From: a virus
Lineage: Duplodnaviria > Heunggongvirae > Uroviricota > Caudoviricetes
Length of the DNA stretch: 64,000 nucleotides
IMG/VR virus record: IMGVR_UViG_3300037311_000024
Span: 52,350-116,349 of that record
Reading direction: 5' to 3' (one strand)
A program made the translations under genes and the position numbers. The notes below the pieces were generated by a model that saw only the letters and a list, made by a program, of their open reading frames with translations, made no database searches and was not told the origin of the DNA. This document shows, piece after piece, positions 53,933-63,653 of this stretch; position 1 is the first letter of the stretch; each line of letters starts with the position of its first letter.

Positions 53933-55723
53933 TTAATCTTCCTTGATGAAGTATTCGATAGCTACCGCTTGCGATTTCTTTGTTTCTTCTTTGGAGCTTG
54001 CTTCGGCAGCTTTACTGTCGGCTTCAAGCTCTTTTGACACTTCGTCAACCGCTGTACTAATCGCTTGATCGAGAGAGTCAACGTCTTCACCAAGTGAGCC
54101 GTCAACATCTTGACCTTCTGAATTATCTTGTCCATCTGGACCCCCTTCTGGTCCACCGTCCATCATCTGCTGCTCAGCTTGTTCCTGAGCTTGCTTCTGC
54201 GCCAAGTACTGAGTGTACGTAGCGTTTAGCACGATGTCCCCGTTATCGATAGGCGGATACCCCATCTCGATCCGCACTTCGTTCAGCGTCTTATACGTCT
54301 GAACTTCTTCCTTCAAGCGATCGAGTTCTTGTTTTCTCGATTCCGCCTGAAACCCTACGAACTTAAACTTGTACTTAGCCGCATACTCTTTGTTCCAGTA
54401 GCGGATGATATGATTGTTGAGCAGGTTCTCGATCATGTCGAGAAGAGGTCTGAGACCTTTGTCGCGAGACTGCTTTAGTCGCTGCTCGTTGTTAGCTTCT
54501 TGGAGCGTACTGGTGCCCGTCTTAGAGATGTCAAAGTTGATCTCCGCCGGATCGATCTGAAACACCGCGCAGCAGATCTTGATGAGGTAGTTCATCCACT
54601 GCTCAAACTCCATCTCCTTATTGGTCTGAGCAAGCGAGACCCACTTAACCTCTTCAGCCATACCGATGATCGGTGGGCGGAAAGCGTTACGAGAGTTTAC
54701 GACCTGGTTGAACCACTGACGCTTGAAGGCCTCGAGCTGAGAACGGCTGATGTTGTCGCCCTTGATGTGAAGGATACCTTTGGTACCGATACCTTGCGTG
54801 AAGAAGTTTCTGTTGTGAGCTTCCGCGTAGAGGTGTGCGGTGATGATGTTGATCAGGAACTCAAGCTCACCCGGCGCGTAACCGTTATCCTCAGGATCAA
54901 TAGTCGGAGTTGCGGGTTCGAAGATCAGTTCGTCTTCGGTGAAAGCAGCAACGACCTTTCCTCGAAGGATCTGGACGTATCTGAAAGGCTTCTTAGCGTC
55001 GAAACGCTTCTTGGTACGACGACGCTCCGCATCGTTTCGCATGATCTCATCGTTCTGCTTTTGATTACGCTGAGAAACGTAACGGATGGTGCCGGAAGAT
55101 ATCGGATAGTAGTGGTGAAGCTTCTCGCCGTCGCGAGTAGGCACAAGCTCCACGCCCATGTAGTTGTAGGTCAAACGATCTTCTACGATGGCGGTAACGA
55201 ACTTGTCGAAGTCCCATCGGCGTTCTGTGGTGTCAGTCTCGTCAGGAGCCATACCGCAGTGAGAGATGAACTCGCAGATCTCCATGATCTCTTTTCTCTG
55301 AGCTTCTTTGAGCTTCGAGAGCTTCTGGTCCATCTCGTACTTGAGGTCAGCGTAGGTCTTCTCGTCCAGGTTAGGGTCCGCGAGCTTAAGCTTATCTTCA
55401 GGAGATAGGTCAGCTGGCTCCACGGCTTCGATGACCCAACCCTCAGAGTAGCGGTCTTTCTGAGGTTTAGTAAAGGTTTTTACTTGAGCAAGACGCGTGT
55501 TGATGATAGATCTTATGATGGAATCCTTACGGGCCATGCTCTTGAGCACGTTAGGTCCGATCAACCCGGCCTTCTCCTTCCAACCGTACTGCTCGTCGTC
55601 AGGGTACGACAGGTCCACGAAACCTTTACGTTCCGCACCCTCTGCCGTGGTGGTCTTAGCCTTCGTGATGTAGGTGTCCAGCGCCGCGTTAGTCGCGTCT
55701 AGAACTTTTTGGAATATGCTCAT
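53933..55723 (-). CDS. portal protein (putative)
   Basis: 596 aa, immediately downstream of large terminase and upstream of Mu F-like gene; acidic C-terminus. Confidence 0.55.
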   Translation of the reverse strand: MSIFQKVLDATNAALDTYITKAKTTTAEGAERKGFVDLSYPDDEQYGWKEKAGLIGPNVLKSMARKDSIIRSIINTRLAQVKTFTKPQKDRYSEGWVIEAVEPADLSPEDKLKLADPNLDEKTYADLKYEMDQKLSKLKEAQRKEIMEICEFISHCGMAPDETDTTERRWDFDKFVTAIVEDRLTYNYMGVELVPTRDGEKLHHYYPISSGTIRYVSQRNQKQNDEIMRNDAERRRTKKRFDAKKPFRYVQILRGKVVAAFTEDELIFEPATPTIDPEDNGYAPGELEFLINIITAHLYAEAHNRNFFTQGIGTKGILHIKGDNISRSQLEAFKRQWFNQVVNSRNAFRPPIIGMAEEVKWVSLAQTNKEMEFEQWMNYLIKICCAVFQIDPAEINFDISKTGTSTLQEANNEQRLKQSRDKGLRPLLDMIENLLNNHIIRYWNKEYAAKYKFKFVGFQAESRKQELDRLKEEVQTYKTLNEVRIEMGYPPIDNGDIVLNATYTQYLAQKQAQEQAEQQMMDGGPEGGPDGQDNSEGQDVDGSLGEDVDSLDQAISTAVDEVSKELEADSKAAEASSKEETKKSQAVAIEYFIKED

Positions 55724-55768
55724 AGAACCTCACTCATATAATACCAGGGAAGTAGGGATATGTCCAGC

Positions 55769-57547
55769 TCAGAAAGTGAACCAGAAATCTCCATCCTCGT
55801 CTTCCTTCTCTTTTTGTTCCTGCTCTTTACGACCGTCGTAAAACTGCGTTAAACCTTGGATGTCCGCGATGTCTTGGGCTGTGGGAGTCCCGATGTAGTT
55901 ACCTAACGCGTCCTTGTTGCTTGCTGACCCGTCGTCCTCATCGTCACGGCTGTACCCGATGTAGACCGGAGATGTCTTATCAAATTGGTAAACTACTCCT
56001 GCTATGACGATAGCGTAGTCGTCATGACTGTTCGCCGCAGCTGCGATCTGAACCTTGTTTGATATGGCGCTTCGCCTCTCCCGAAGATCCTTAAGATGCT
56101 GAACGGCGATAGGGTTATGCACCATGAGGAAGCTCTTCGTGTTGAGCGCTACCTGCAGCGAGTACATCATCTTGATCTTGGAGGAGTTGTGAAGCGTGTA
56201 CTCCTTGAGCACGATACCTTCTTTGGCGAACAGAGGTTTGAGCGCTCCGAAGGCGTATTGATCGGCGAGACAGAACGGCACCTGATACTTCTTAAGGATG
56301 TGGCAGATCTCGGGAACGACCTCTGCGGGGTCAAGCTCTGCTCCGTCGCTTCCTCTCCAGTGTACTAGGACGTCGCAGTACACCTTCTCGAGCTTGTCCT
56401 TGGAGTTAGGGTCCATGACGTACTCTTTGTGCCCCACCGCGAGAGTCCAGTAGTCGTTTCGAGTAGCGTAGTCGATCATGGCTACGTAGCGGTAACCTTT
56501 CTGGTAGTCCAGCTCTTCGGTTCCTCGGATGATTCCAAGCTCGATGAGGTTCGGGTCCAAGTAGGAAGCTTCAGAAGCCGTGTACTCAGCTCCGTACTCT
56601 CGGTTGAAGTAGTTCATCCCCTTCTTCTTCTGCTTCTCAAGGTAGCTTACGGCAAGCTTAGGGTTAGCGTACCAGGAGGGAACTTGTAGGTGTAATACGT
56701 CTTTGTCGGTGCGGCCTAGGTAGTCGTTGAACTGAAGCCCGGCTTGTCCGTTCGGAGACGAGATCTTAAGCACGAGCGCCATACCCTCGATCTGTTGAAA
56801 CTGCGAGAGGGCCGGGGCTAGAGCTTCGTAGATACCTTTGTCGGTGTTCTTCGTGTCGTTACCCTCAACTCCGAAGAAGCAGTTCTCGTCCAGGATCGCG
56901 AAAGGTACGGCCATACCTCGGATCTTTGAGACGTCAGCAGCCATGACCTTGATCACGACCTTGTTGTTGAGCTTGATCTGTCCACCCTTGATGGAGCCTG
57001 GGTTCTTGAGGTCTTCCTCAGAGTACTCGGCCTGGATGTTGTCGATCTTACCGTCGAGGAACTTATCGAATATCCAAGGAGATTTCAGGCAGAAGTTCTT
57101 GATCGCAGCGAACACCTCACCGGCCTGTTCTTTCGTGGCCGAGATGATCGGAATGGTTGCGTGAGGAGAAGTACCAAGGTAGGGTATATAGTCAAACTGG
57201 GTGGCGTAATACAAGGCGAGCCCCGCTCCGATGGTCGTAGACTTACCCGAGCGTCGACCAAAGCACAGCGAGGCGTCGGAGTAGTGCTGCATCGCGTAGC
57301 TCTCCTTGCCGGAGAAGTGCAGGAACATCTCGATCTCGTTCTTGAAAACGTAGGTCTCCCCATCTTCCGCAGTGTACGCGAACGGAGATTCCTGATAGAC
57401 GTGAGACTTCGGGATAGGTGCGAAAGCGTCCAGCGGCTCACAGCGGATGGCCTTCAGCGTAACCTTCTGAACAGGAGAAAGGTTCGTGACGTCTAGGATG
57501 GTCTCGAAGAAGTCGATGATGGGAAGTTGGTGAAGCTTGGTGCTCAC
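55769..57547 (-). CDS. terL: terminase large subunit
   Basis: Walker A-like GRRSGKST, Walker B ILDENCFFG, C-terminal nuclease-like acidic residues; 592 aa. Confidence 0.8.
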   Translation of the reverse strand: MSTKLHQLPIIDFFETILDVTNLSPVQKVTLKAIRCEPLDAFAPIPKSHVYQESPFAYTAEDGETYVFKNEIEMFLHFSGKESYAMQHYSDASLCFGRRSGKSTTIGAGLALYYATQFDYIPYLGTSPHATIPIISATKEQAGEVFAAIKNFCLKSPWIFDKFLDGKIDNIQAEYSEEDLKNPGSIKGGQIKLNNKVVIKVMAADVSKIRGMAVPFAILDENCFFGVEGNDTKNTDKGIYEALAPALSQFQQIEGMALVLKISSPNGQAGLQFNDYLGRTDKDVLHLQVPSWYANPKLAVSYLEKQKKKGMNYFNREYGAEYTASEASYLDPNLIELGIIRGTEELDYQKGYRYVAMIDYATRNDYWTLAVGHKEYVMDPNSKDKLEKVYCDVLVHWRGSDGAELDPAEVVPEICHILKKYQVPFCLADQYAFGALKPLFAKEGIVLKEYTLHNSSKIKMMYSLQVALNTKSFLMVHNPIAVQHLKDLRERRSAISNKVQIAAAANSHDDYAIVIAGVVYQFDKTSPVYIGYSRDDEDDGSASNKDALGNYIGTPTAQDIADIQGLTQFYDGRKEQEQKEKEDEDGDFWFTF

Positions 57548-58149
57548 TTAGTCTCCGAGTTCTTCGCGTGCTGCGCAGCGATGAGTGCCATGGCTTCCTG
57601 GACGGTGATGTGCTTGCCAGCCTTCTTCATCTCGAGCGCTAGTCGAACAGCATCGTCCATGTCGACCTTCTGGATATGAACCACTTCCTTACGCTCAACG
57701 CCGTCGGTCTTGATCGACTGATCGGTCTTTACGAGCTTCTCAAGCATCGCGGTGTACTTGTTCAGCGAGTCGGCCATGGCCATAGCGGTCAGGTCAGGAG
57801 CCTTCTCAGAACCGATGTCCCGCATCAACTTGGCTAGGTTCATGCCTTGGATCTTGAGCAGGAGTTTCAGGTTTCCTTCAGCTACGGCCTTAGTGGTGGA
57901 GTCTTCGCGAAGTAGGTGTCTGATGGAGTCGCGGTACTTGCTCATGAGGTCTAGCTCACGATCACGCTCCTCCTTCCAGCCCTTCTCTCTGGCCCAACGG
58001 TACAACGTAGCTTCGACCATCCCGTACTCTCTTGCGAGCTGTGGGATGCCTTTTCCTCGTATGTACTCTTCTCTCACGGCCTCTAGGTTAGGCGGGCTAT
58101 CTTCCCTCTCCTGCTCGGCTTGCGAGGGTTGTGTGTTTTCTTCGGACAT
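57544..58149 (-). CDS. terS: terminase small subunit (putative)
   Basis: HTH IPQLAREYGMVEATLYRWAREKG; ATGA overlap with terL. Confidence 0.6.
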   Translation of the reverse strand: MSEENTQPSQAEQEREDSPPNLEAVREEYIRGKGIPQLAREYGMVEATLYRWAREKGWKEERDRELDLMSKYRDSIRHLLREDSTTKAVAEGNLKLLLKIQGMNLAKLMRDIGSEKAPDLTAMAMADSLNKYTAMLEKLVKTDQSIKTDGVERKEVVHIQKVDMDDAVRLALEMKKAGKHITVQEAMALIAAQHAKNSETK

Positions 58150-58690
58150 CTGGCAACCTCTTGATAACTTTCAAGTGGGTATGCAGCTTCTCTTTGTAGA
58201 CCGTTCTCAGGCTTGGAGTAAAGCTGTGGAACCGTGTATACCATACCCGACCGTTCCTGGCATCTATCATAGCATACTTCTGCTTAAGATCTGATAGGTA
58301 CCTAGCAGTTTCTTCGATCGCGTACCGTTTGTCGGTTAGTAGACGACCTAAGTCAAGTTTTAGGTGACGAATAGTCTTATGGTTGAACTGCGAGATCCCG
58401 TAGTCGTGAGACTCCCAGTTGACCGCCTTGTAGTTGAAGTTAGACTCCTGCTTCACTATCGCGATGATGACCCACCACTCGACGTTGTGCTGCTTAGCGG
58501 CGCTCTCTACGTGGTAGGCGAGCTTGTCAGCGTAGGCCTGATCAAGACTTGGGGTCAGCTTTAGGATCGCTTGCTTGATCTCCTGGTTCACCTTCGGCTT
58601 TGTCTGCTTCGCCTGACCGACCTGGGTCGGCGTCCAAAGAAACATCAAGGTCGCGAGCATTGCTAGGTATCTCATGTGATTTCTCCACAC
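58097..58690 (-). CDS. lytic transglycosylase (SLT domain) with signal peptide
   Basis: Signal peptide; IVKQESNFNYKAVNWESHDYGISQFN = E-S...GLMQ-type SLT motifs. Confidence 0.65.
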   Translation of the reverse strand: MWRNHMRYLAMLATLMFLWTPTQVGQAKQTKPKVNQEIKQAILKLTPSLDQAYADKLAYHVESAAKQHNVEWWVIIAIVKQESNFNYKAVNWESHDYGISQFNHKTIRHLKLDLGRLLTDKRYAIEETARYLSDLKQKYAMIDARNGRVWYTRFHSFTPSLRTVYKEKLHTHLKVIKRLPDVRRKHTTLASRAGEGR

Positions 58691-59024
58691 CTTTCTTGTA
58701 TCGTCTCAACTCCACCGTGATCTCGTAGCCAGACAGGTATTCCCGAAGGAATTCGGTTACCCGAGTGACCAGTTTGTCGCGGTTAGAGAAGAGCAGAGTT
58801 AAAGTCGGGAAGTATAGCACCACCAGTACCCTCCGAGCGTCTGGATTGCGAGGTAGGAAGTACTCTACATACCTGACCTTCGGAAAGGCTACGTACAGGT
58901 TTGCCACGATCGCGTTGTGCGCGAAGGAGGTGACTACGCCGTACTTGCGTAGCCATGCATCACCTGCGGCGATGACAGCTTCGAGTTCGGTTGGACCTGG
59001 TTTAGACTTTCCGTCGTTCATCAC
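58542..59024 (-). CDS. hypothetical protein (3' end overlaps SLT gene)
   Basis: 160 aa; low-complexity C-terminal 45 aa overlap 58542-58690. Confidence 0.35.
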   Translation of the reverse strand: MMNDGKSKPGPTELEAVIAAGDAWLRKYGVVTSFAHNAIVANLYVAFPKVRYVEYFLPRNPDARRVLVVLYFPTLTLLFSNRDKLVTRVTEFLREYLSGYEITVELRRYKKGVEKSHEIPSNARDLDVSLDADPGRSGEADKAEGEPGDQASDPKADPKS

Positions 59025-59029
59025 CTACT

Positions 59030-59058
59030 AAGGTAGCAGGTTTTACCTTACCGGTCAA
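59030..59058 (-). promoter_or_regulatory. sigma70-like promoter on minus strand (TTGACC-17-TACCTT)
   Basis: Reverse complement of 59030-59058; same architecture as plus-strand early promoters. Confidence 0.35.
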
Positions 59059-59221
59059 GAAAGAATGTACTTAATGATATCAGGTACTTAGAGTGGTCGG
59101 TTGACGTCCGGGGGTTCCTCTCCTACCCGGTCCTCATGCTTACGCGAACACCATCCGCTTCTTTACGCGGACACGCCAACCTAGGTCGGCACCTTCGGAG
59201 GCGCGACCTTACTTGAGTATA

Positions 59222-59827
59222 TCACTTGTCTACGTGTTCAAGCCATGCAGTACCCAACGCGATAGCATCCACTTCGTCCGCGTCGGTGTCGTTCTCCCAT
59301 ACGTTGAAGGTCTTCTTGAAGCGCACGTTTACCCAACGCTGCGCAAGTACTTTCCAGTCGATCAGAGGGGACTTCTCAGAGGCTTTCTTTCGTCGATTCT
59401 TGAGGCGCAAGTTGGCGTTCACCTCTTTGTCAGTATCAGACAGCTTGAGACCAAGCATACCTCTCCAACCTTTGCGACCGTTAGAGTCGATGTACTGCCA
59501 GGTCTTAACGAGATCAGGACGAACCATCATCACGTAGTCTAGTACGAAGAAGTGTAGAGCGTCAAGACCTTTCTGCGAAATCCTTCCGATGCCACGGTTA
59601 ACTTCTTCGCATACGATGATCTCGGGAGCAAGCTCAACGACGAGGTCTCTTACCTGAGAAGCGACCGACTTCATCTTAGCAAGTACGGCCTCAGGGTATT
59701 TAAGCTTGTGAACTCCGGGCACCTTAGGTTTGATAACACCATGCTTGATGGGCTTCTTAGTCTTTCGGTCGAACACCGCGAAGCCTGTAGACGACGTGCT
59801 AAGGTCTAAGGCCAGCATCGTGGTCAT
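59222..59827 (-). CDS. RuvC-like Holliday junction resolvase
   Basis: MLALDLSTSSTGFAVFD N-terminal Asp motif and C-terminal EADEVDAIALGTAW. Confidence 0.65.
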   Translation of the reverse strand: MTTMLALDLSTSSTGFAVFDRKTKKPIKHGVIKPKVPGVHKLKYPEAVLAKMKSVASQVRDLVVELAPEIIVCEEVNRGIGRISQKGLDALHFFVLDYVMMVRPDLVKTWQYIDSNGRKGWRGMLGLKLSDTDKEVNANLRLKNRRKKASEKSPLIDWKVLAQRWVNVRFKKTFNVWENDTDADEVDAIALGTAWLEHVDK

Positions 59828-60012
59828 ACCTGCTTCTCCAGCACCGTCTTGTAGTGATCAAACAGCTTCTTAGCGCAGTTCTGTAGGTCTTTGAGTTCTT
59901 CTTGGATCTTCTTACGAGCTTCCTCGTTTCGAACGCGAACGAGCTGACCCTCGATCCTCTGAAGATCTAGGTGTATCTCGCTCAGCACTTTGAGGTTAAG
60001 CTTTAGGTTCAT
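59824..60012 (-). CDS. hypothetical coiled-coil protein
   Basis: 62 aa; ATGA overlap. Confidence 0.35.
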   Translation of the reverse strand: MNLKLNLKVLSEIHLDLQRIEGQLVRVRNEEARKKIQEELKDLQNCAKKLFDHYKTVLEKQV

Positions 60013-60322
60013 CTTTCTTCTCGAACAAGTCCTCAGGTTCTACCCACTTAGATAAGGTTACCTTCAGCTCCACGATACCACACTCAGACCAGCAAGTTCG
60101 CTTGGCTTTTAGCTTCTCAACGCTGGAATACAAAGGCATCCTACCTTCTAGGTCAGGAGCCTCTCCCATCTCGTGCCGCCAGTCTACTCCGCACGAGTAC
60201 ATCAACTTCGTCACGCGCTTTATCTTTCGCCTTGCGGCGGTTCGCTTTCTTCGTGGTCTTTCGCTCTTTGGTGCAGAGGAAGCAACCGTCTCCTTTGATC
60301 TTTTTCGACTTCTTGTAGCCAT
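59996..60322 (-). CDS. hypothetical basic protein
   Basis: Arg/Lys-rich N-terminus. Confidence 0.4.
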   Translation of the reverse strand: MATRSRKRSKETVASSAPKSERPRRKRTAARRKIKRVTKLMYSCGVDWRHEMGEAPDLEGRMPLYSSVEKLKAKRTCWSECGIVELKVTLSKWVEPEDLFEKKDEPKA

Positions 60323-60328
60323 AAGGTT

Positions 60329-60637
60329 TCATACCTTCTTCACTTTCTTGGTCCACCCTGAACGAACGGCGTCTTCTAGACCGTGTTGGTCGATCTTTCG
60401 CTCAAGCTCATGCCGATCATGATGATCGTTGTAGCGCTTCTTGAGCTGTTGATCCAACCCTTTCTTAACCTGGACACCTCGGTAGGCGTCTCTGGTCTCC
60501 ATCGTGGTAGACGTCATGGTTGTTGGAAGTTGAGGTTCAAGCCATCCTCCGCACTGACACATGATAGAATCCCGCTTAGACATAAGCTTCTTTTCTTCTC
60601 TTCCACAGTCTTCACACTGAAGCTTAAATATAGGCAT
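60329..60637 (-). CDS. zinc-ribbon protein
   Basis: CEDCG...CQCGG. Confidence 0.4.
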   Translation of the reverse strand: MPIFKLQCEDCGREEKKLMSKRDSIMCQCGGWLEPQLPTTMTSTTMETRDAYRGVQVKKGLDQQLKKRYNDHHDRHELERKIDQHGLEDAVRSGWTKKVKKV

Positions 60638-61002
60638 TACTCCTCCGTCTTACCAGGCTCGTACTTCTTCATCTTGGTCCTGCGGTTACACCCATCACAT
60701 ACCCTTTGGTAGTGTGGGCCGTCTAACCTGTCCCAGACCTTAAGCCTGAGCGTTCCTTGGTTACAGCTCCAGCACTTCCACTTCTCTATGGAGATCTGCT
60801 TCTCGCGCTTACGAGCTTCCTGCTCCATCTCGATCTCGTCGATGCGGTCAAGAGCTTCTTTGAAGGACTGGAACCGGTCAAGGTCCAACCTAGCTATCTG
60901 TTTTCTGAGCTTCCCTAGCTCGCGCTTGAGCTTCGAGTTCTCATGCTTCAACCGTTGCAGCTGATCGTTCTCAGAATCAGCGTAGCTTCGCCTACGAGAC
61001 AT
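60637..61002 (-). CDS. coiled-coil zinc-ribbon protein
   Basis: CWSC...CDGC. Confidence 0.4.
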   Translation of the reverse strand: MSRRRSYADSENDQLQRLKHENSKLKRELGKLRKQIARLDLDRFQSFKEALDRIDEIEMEQEARKREKQISIEKWKCWSCNQGTLRLKVWDRLDGPHYQRVCDGCNRRTKMKKYEPGKTEE

Positions 61003-61048
61003 CTAGGTCTCCTTCTTAAAGTATCTTATCAGGTTGCAGGTTTTGTGT

Positions 61049-62056
61049 CTAGCGGATATGGTTCTTCTTGAAGTCTTCCAGAGCAGCTTTGTCTGCGGGA
61101 AGCATCCCAGAAGCCACGGTATAAACCGTGGAGATCGCCATCACGTGCGAGATGTGGTTCTTCTTGACCTCGATCTTAGTCTCAAGGCCTATGACCAGAT
61201 CTTTACCCTTGACGGTAGCGCTGAGGTCGCGTACCCTACGAAGCCGAATGTTCAAGGCGCAGCTGTAAGGGGCACCGTCCCCTCCGTAAGGAGTCTCCAC
61301 GCTCGGAGCTGGAGGCATGGGCATAGACTGGTATGACTGGTTGAGAAGCAAGATCCCGCATCGCTGACGAACCTTTGAGAGGAGGTGGTTGATTCGTTTC
61401 GTCAAGTTCTTGATAGCCTTTGCTGGCTTACCCATCGACTTGTCCCAGTCGGTGTGGTCGTACTCCATCTCGGACTCAGACATAGTATTACCCAGAGAGT
61501 CCATGAAGATGAAGCAGTCTTGGTTCGTCATGTCCATGACCTCGTCCTTCTCCTCGCCTTCGATCACGATCTGACCTACAGAGAGGTCTCGAAGGATCTT
61601 CTCCATGAAACCGTACGCTTGCTCGATAGAGTCGGCGTGGAACACGAGGATAGCTTCTGGGTCCGCGCCCATGAACTTAGGGAGCCTGGTGAAGTCGAAC
61701 TTGTGCTCGGTCAAGATCAGGATGGGAAGGATACCCTGCTTCTGAGCCTGAGAGATGGCCTCCATCAGCATCGTCGTCTTTCCGGTGTTAGGCTTACCGT
61801 AGACGTGCGTGATGTTACCGAACGGGAGTCCTGGAAGCTGAATGGCTTCCGAGAACGCCGTAGGCATCTTGAGCCACTTCGACACCGTGACCTTGGCGAT
61901 CGTTGCGGTGTCGGGTGTGTACGCGACGCTGTCGTTGTACTGAGCGTTCATGTACTTCTTGAACTTAGAGGCGACGGACTTGAGCTTCTGCATCCCTTCG
62001 TCTTCTGTAGGCTTAGGGGCTTCTGCGTCGACCAGTTTGATGTCTTTCTTACTCAT
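61049..62056 (-). CDS. RecA-family recombinase-like ATPase
   Basis: GNITHVYGKPNTGKTTMLMEAISQAQKQG Walker A in RecA context; ILTEHKFD; FMDSLGN. Confidence 0.6.
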   Translation of the reverse strand: MSKKDIKLVDAEAPKPTEDEGMQKLKSVASKFKKYMNAQYNDSVAYTPDTATIAKVTVSKWLKMPTAFSEAIQLPGLPFGNITHVYGKPNTGKTTMLMEAISQAQKQGILPILILTEHKFDFTRLPKFMGADPEAILVFHADSIEQAYGFMEKILRDLSVGQIVIEGEEKDEVMDMTNQDCFIFMDSLGNTMSESEMEYDHTDWDKSMGKPAKAIKNLTKRINHLLSKVRQRCGILLLNQSYQSMPMPPAPSVETPYGGDGAPYSCALNIRLRRVRDLSATVKGKDLVIGLETKIEVKKNHISHVMAISTVYTVASGMLPADKAALEDFKKNHIR

Positions 62057-62514
62057 GTCAGTTCCTTCCTCAAGTTTGCGCTCAGATCTTTAAGCATCTC
62101 GTGTCTCTGAGCAAAAGCTTTCACGATGCCTTCAAATTCTACCTCGAGTTCCTTTGCGTCGGCAAGCTCGGTCTTAAGCTTCTGGATGGTCTCGTCCTTA
62201 CAGACCATGGCCTGAACTTCAGCAACCTTGCGACCCTTACCGTCGCTCGAGAGTTCCATGACGAGCTGACTCTCTCGGTAGTCGAGCTGCTGCTCTACGG
62301 CTGCAACTTTTCGTTTGATCTTGGCAAGCTCACGAGTGTACTTTCGAAAGTACAATGGTTGGTCCATGATCTCTTCGTTCAGGTAGTTCTGGTCTATAGA
62401 CAGCTCCTGATCGATGCCTTCTTTGATCACCTCACGACGCTTGATGCGCGGAGGTTCTGCAGGTTTGTCGAAACCGCCAGCTGTCTTCTGCTTACTGTTA
62501 AAGATTCTCGACAT
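62053..62514 (-). CDS. hypothetical coiled-coil protein
   Basis: 153 aa. Confidence 0.4.
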   Translation of the reverse strand: MSRIFNSKQKTAGGFDKPAEPPRIKRREVIKEGIDQELSIDQNYLNEEIMDQPLYFRKYTRELAKIKRKVAAVEQQLDYRESQLVMELSSDGKGRKVAEVQAMVCKDETIQKLKTELADAKELEVEFEGIVKAFAQRHEMLKDLSANLRKELT

Positions 62515-62716
62515 CGTACACCTTCCAGTTCTTAACCTTATCCTTAGGAATGTAGTGACTCTCCGGGTTGAAGTCGATCACGAAGGGCTTCTTCGGATTA
62601 GTGATGTTCAACCAGATCACCTTAACCTTCCAGGCTTGCTTCTCTTCGATCCAGTAAGATTTGAGCACCTGCATTGCAACGTCAGTGTTGCATACATGCT
62701 TGTATACACCTTTCAT
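62498..62716 (-). CDS. hypothetical protein
   Basis: 72 aa. Confidence 0.35.
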   Translation of the reverse strand: MKGVYKHVCNTDVAMQVLKSYWIEEKQAWKVKVIWLNITNPKKPFVIDFNPESHYIPKDKVKNWKVYDVENL

Positions 62717-62878
62717 CGCGCCATCTCCTGGTAGAGTTGTATAAGATCTTTCTGACCGTTCAGTTGATTACCAAGCTCCGAAAGCCAAGTGCTGAAGGTG
62801 AACATGAAGATAGCAGCAACGATCGCTATAGCTAGCGAGTAGCCTAGGATGAACGCGTTTCTTAATGCGGCGGTAAGC

Positions 62879-63295
62879 TTATCGCGCAAGCTGACCTGCC
62901 CCCCACACAGCTAAGCTGGTGGCAACAACTCCGATTCCGAAGTACAACCACTGGTTCGTAGACTTTAGACGCTCCATGCTGTTGACTCGATCTTCAAGCT
63001 TGAACGCGGTGTTCATCCACTTGTCAGCACGCTCTTCCTGAACCTTGATTCCTAGGTCTTTAAGCTCGATGGTCTTCTCAAGCTTAGCAACCTGCTCCTC
63101 ACGATCCTTAAGATCTTCCTGGATCTTTCCGACCTTCTTGTGACAGTCGGGGGTGTAAAGGTAACCACCCTCAACCTTGGTGATACCTTTACTAAAGTCG
63201 CAGTCAGCTGCTGCCTGAAGCGGGGCTAGAGCTATGCTCAGGGCCAGAGCTACGGCGAGAAGTAGCTTACTCATCTTTAGGAACTCCGGTCTCAC
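62879..63295 (-). CDS. membrane coiled-coil protein (spanin-like candidate)
   Basis: N-terminal signal/TM, periplasmic coiled-coil, C-terminal TM. Confidence 0.4.
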   Translation of the reverse strand: MRPEFLKMSKLLLAVALALSIALAPLQAAADCDFSKGITKVEGGYLYTPDCHKKVGKIQEDLKDREEQVAKLEKTIELKDLGIKVQEERADKWMNTAFKLEDRVNSMERLKSTNQWLYFGIGVVATSLAVWGAGQLAR

Positions 63296-63590
63296 AGTCG
63301 AACTCCTTCATCTCACCGTTATGGTAAGACTTACGAACTTCTTTCTTAGGAGCTTCCATCGGGATGGTGATCATACCGTTAGAGGCCATGATTAAGTAGT
63401 TGTTCTTGTTCTCGTCAAGGATCATCAGCTGAACGAGCATGCCGTTACCTGCGTTGACCACGAAGCACTTACCCTTTAGGTCTACGGTCGCCTTCCGGTA
63501 CTCCGTCACTCCAAGTCCGATACCGATCGCCAGTACTAGTGTCAGTGCGGCCAGTGTGATCTTCTTCATGTTTCTCTCCATCCTTAACAT
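63267..63590 (-). CDS. secreted small protein
   Basis: Signal peptide MKKITLAALTLVLAIGIGLG. Confidence 0.4.
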   Translation of the reverse strand: MLRMERNMKKITLAALTLVLAIGIGLGVTEYRKATVDLKGKCFVVNAGNGMLVQLMILDENKNNYLIMASNGMITIPMEAPKKEVRKSYHNGEMKEFDCETGVPKDE

Positions 63591-63653
63591 CCCCTTGGGT
63601 TGTGGCCGGGTGAACCAGGGGAGCGGTCCATCGGTCGTTGTATTCTTTCCTTC

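Noticed and set aside
54500-55408. 302-aa plus-strand ORF inside the portal gene; similarly 61385..62110 inside the RecA-like gene and 57752..58294 inside terS
   Set aside because: Antisense to well-supported genes; Leu/Arg/Val-rich composition typical of antisense frames
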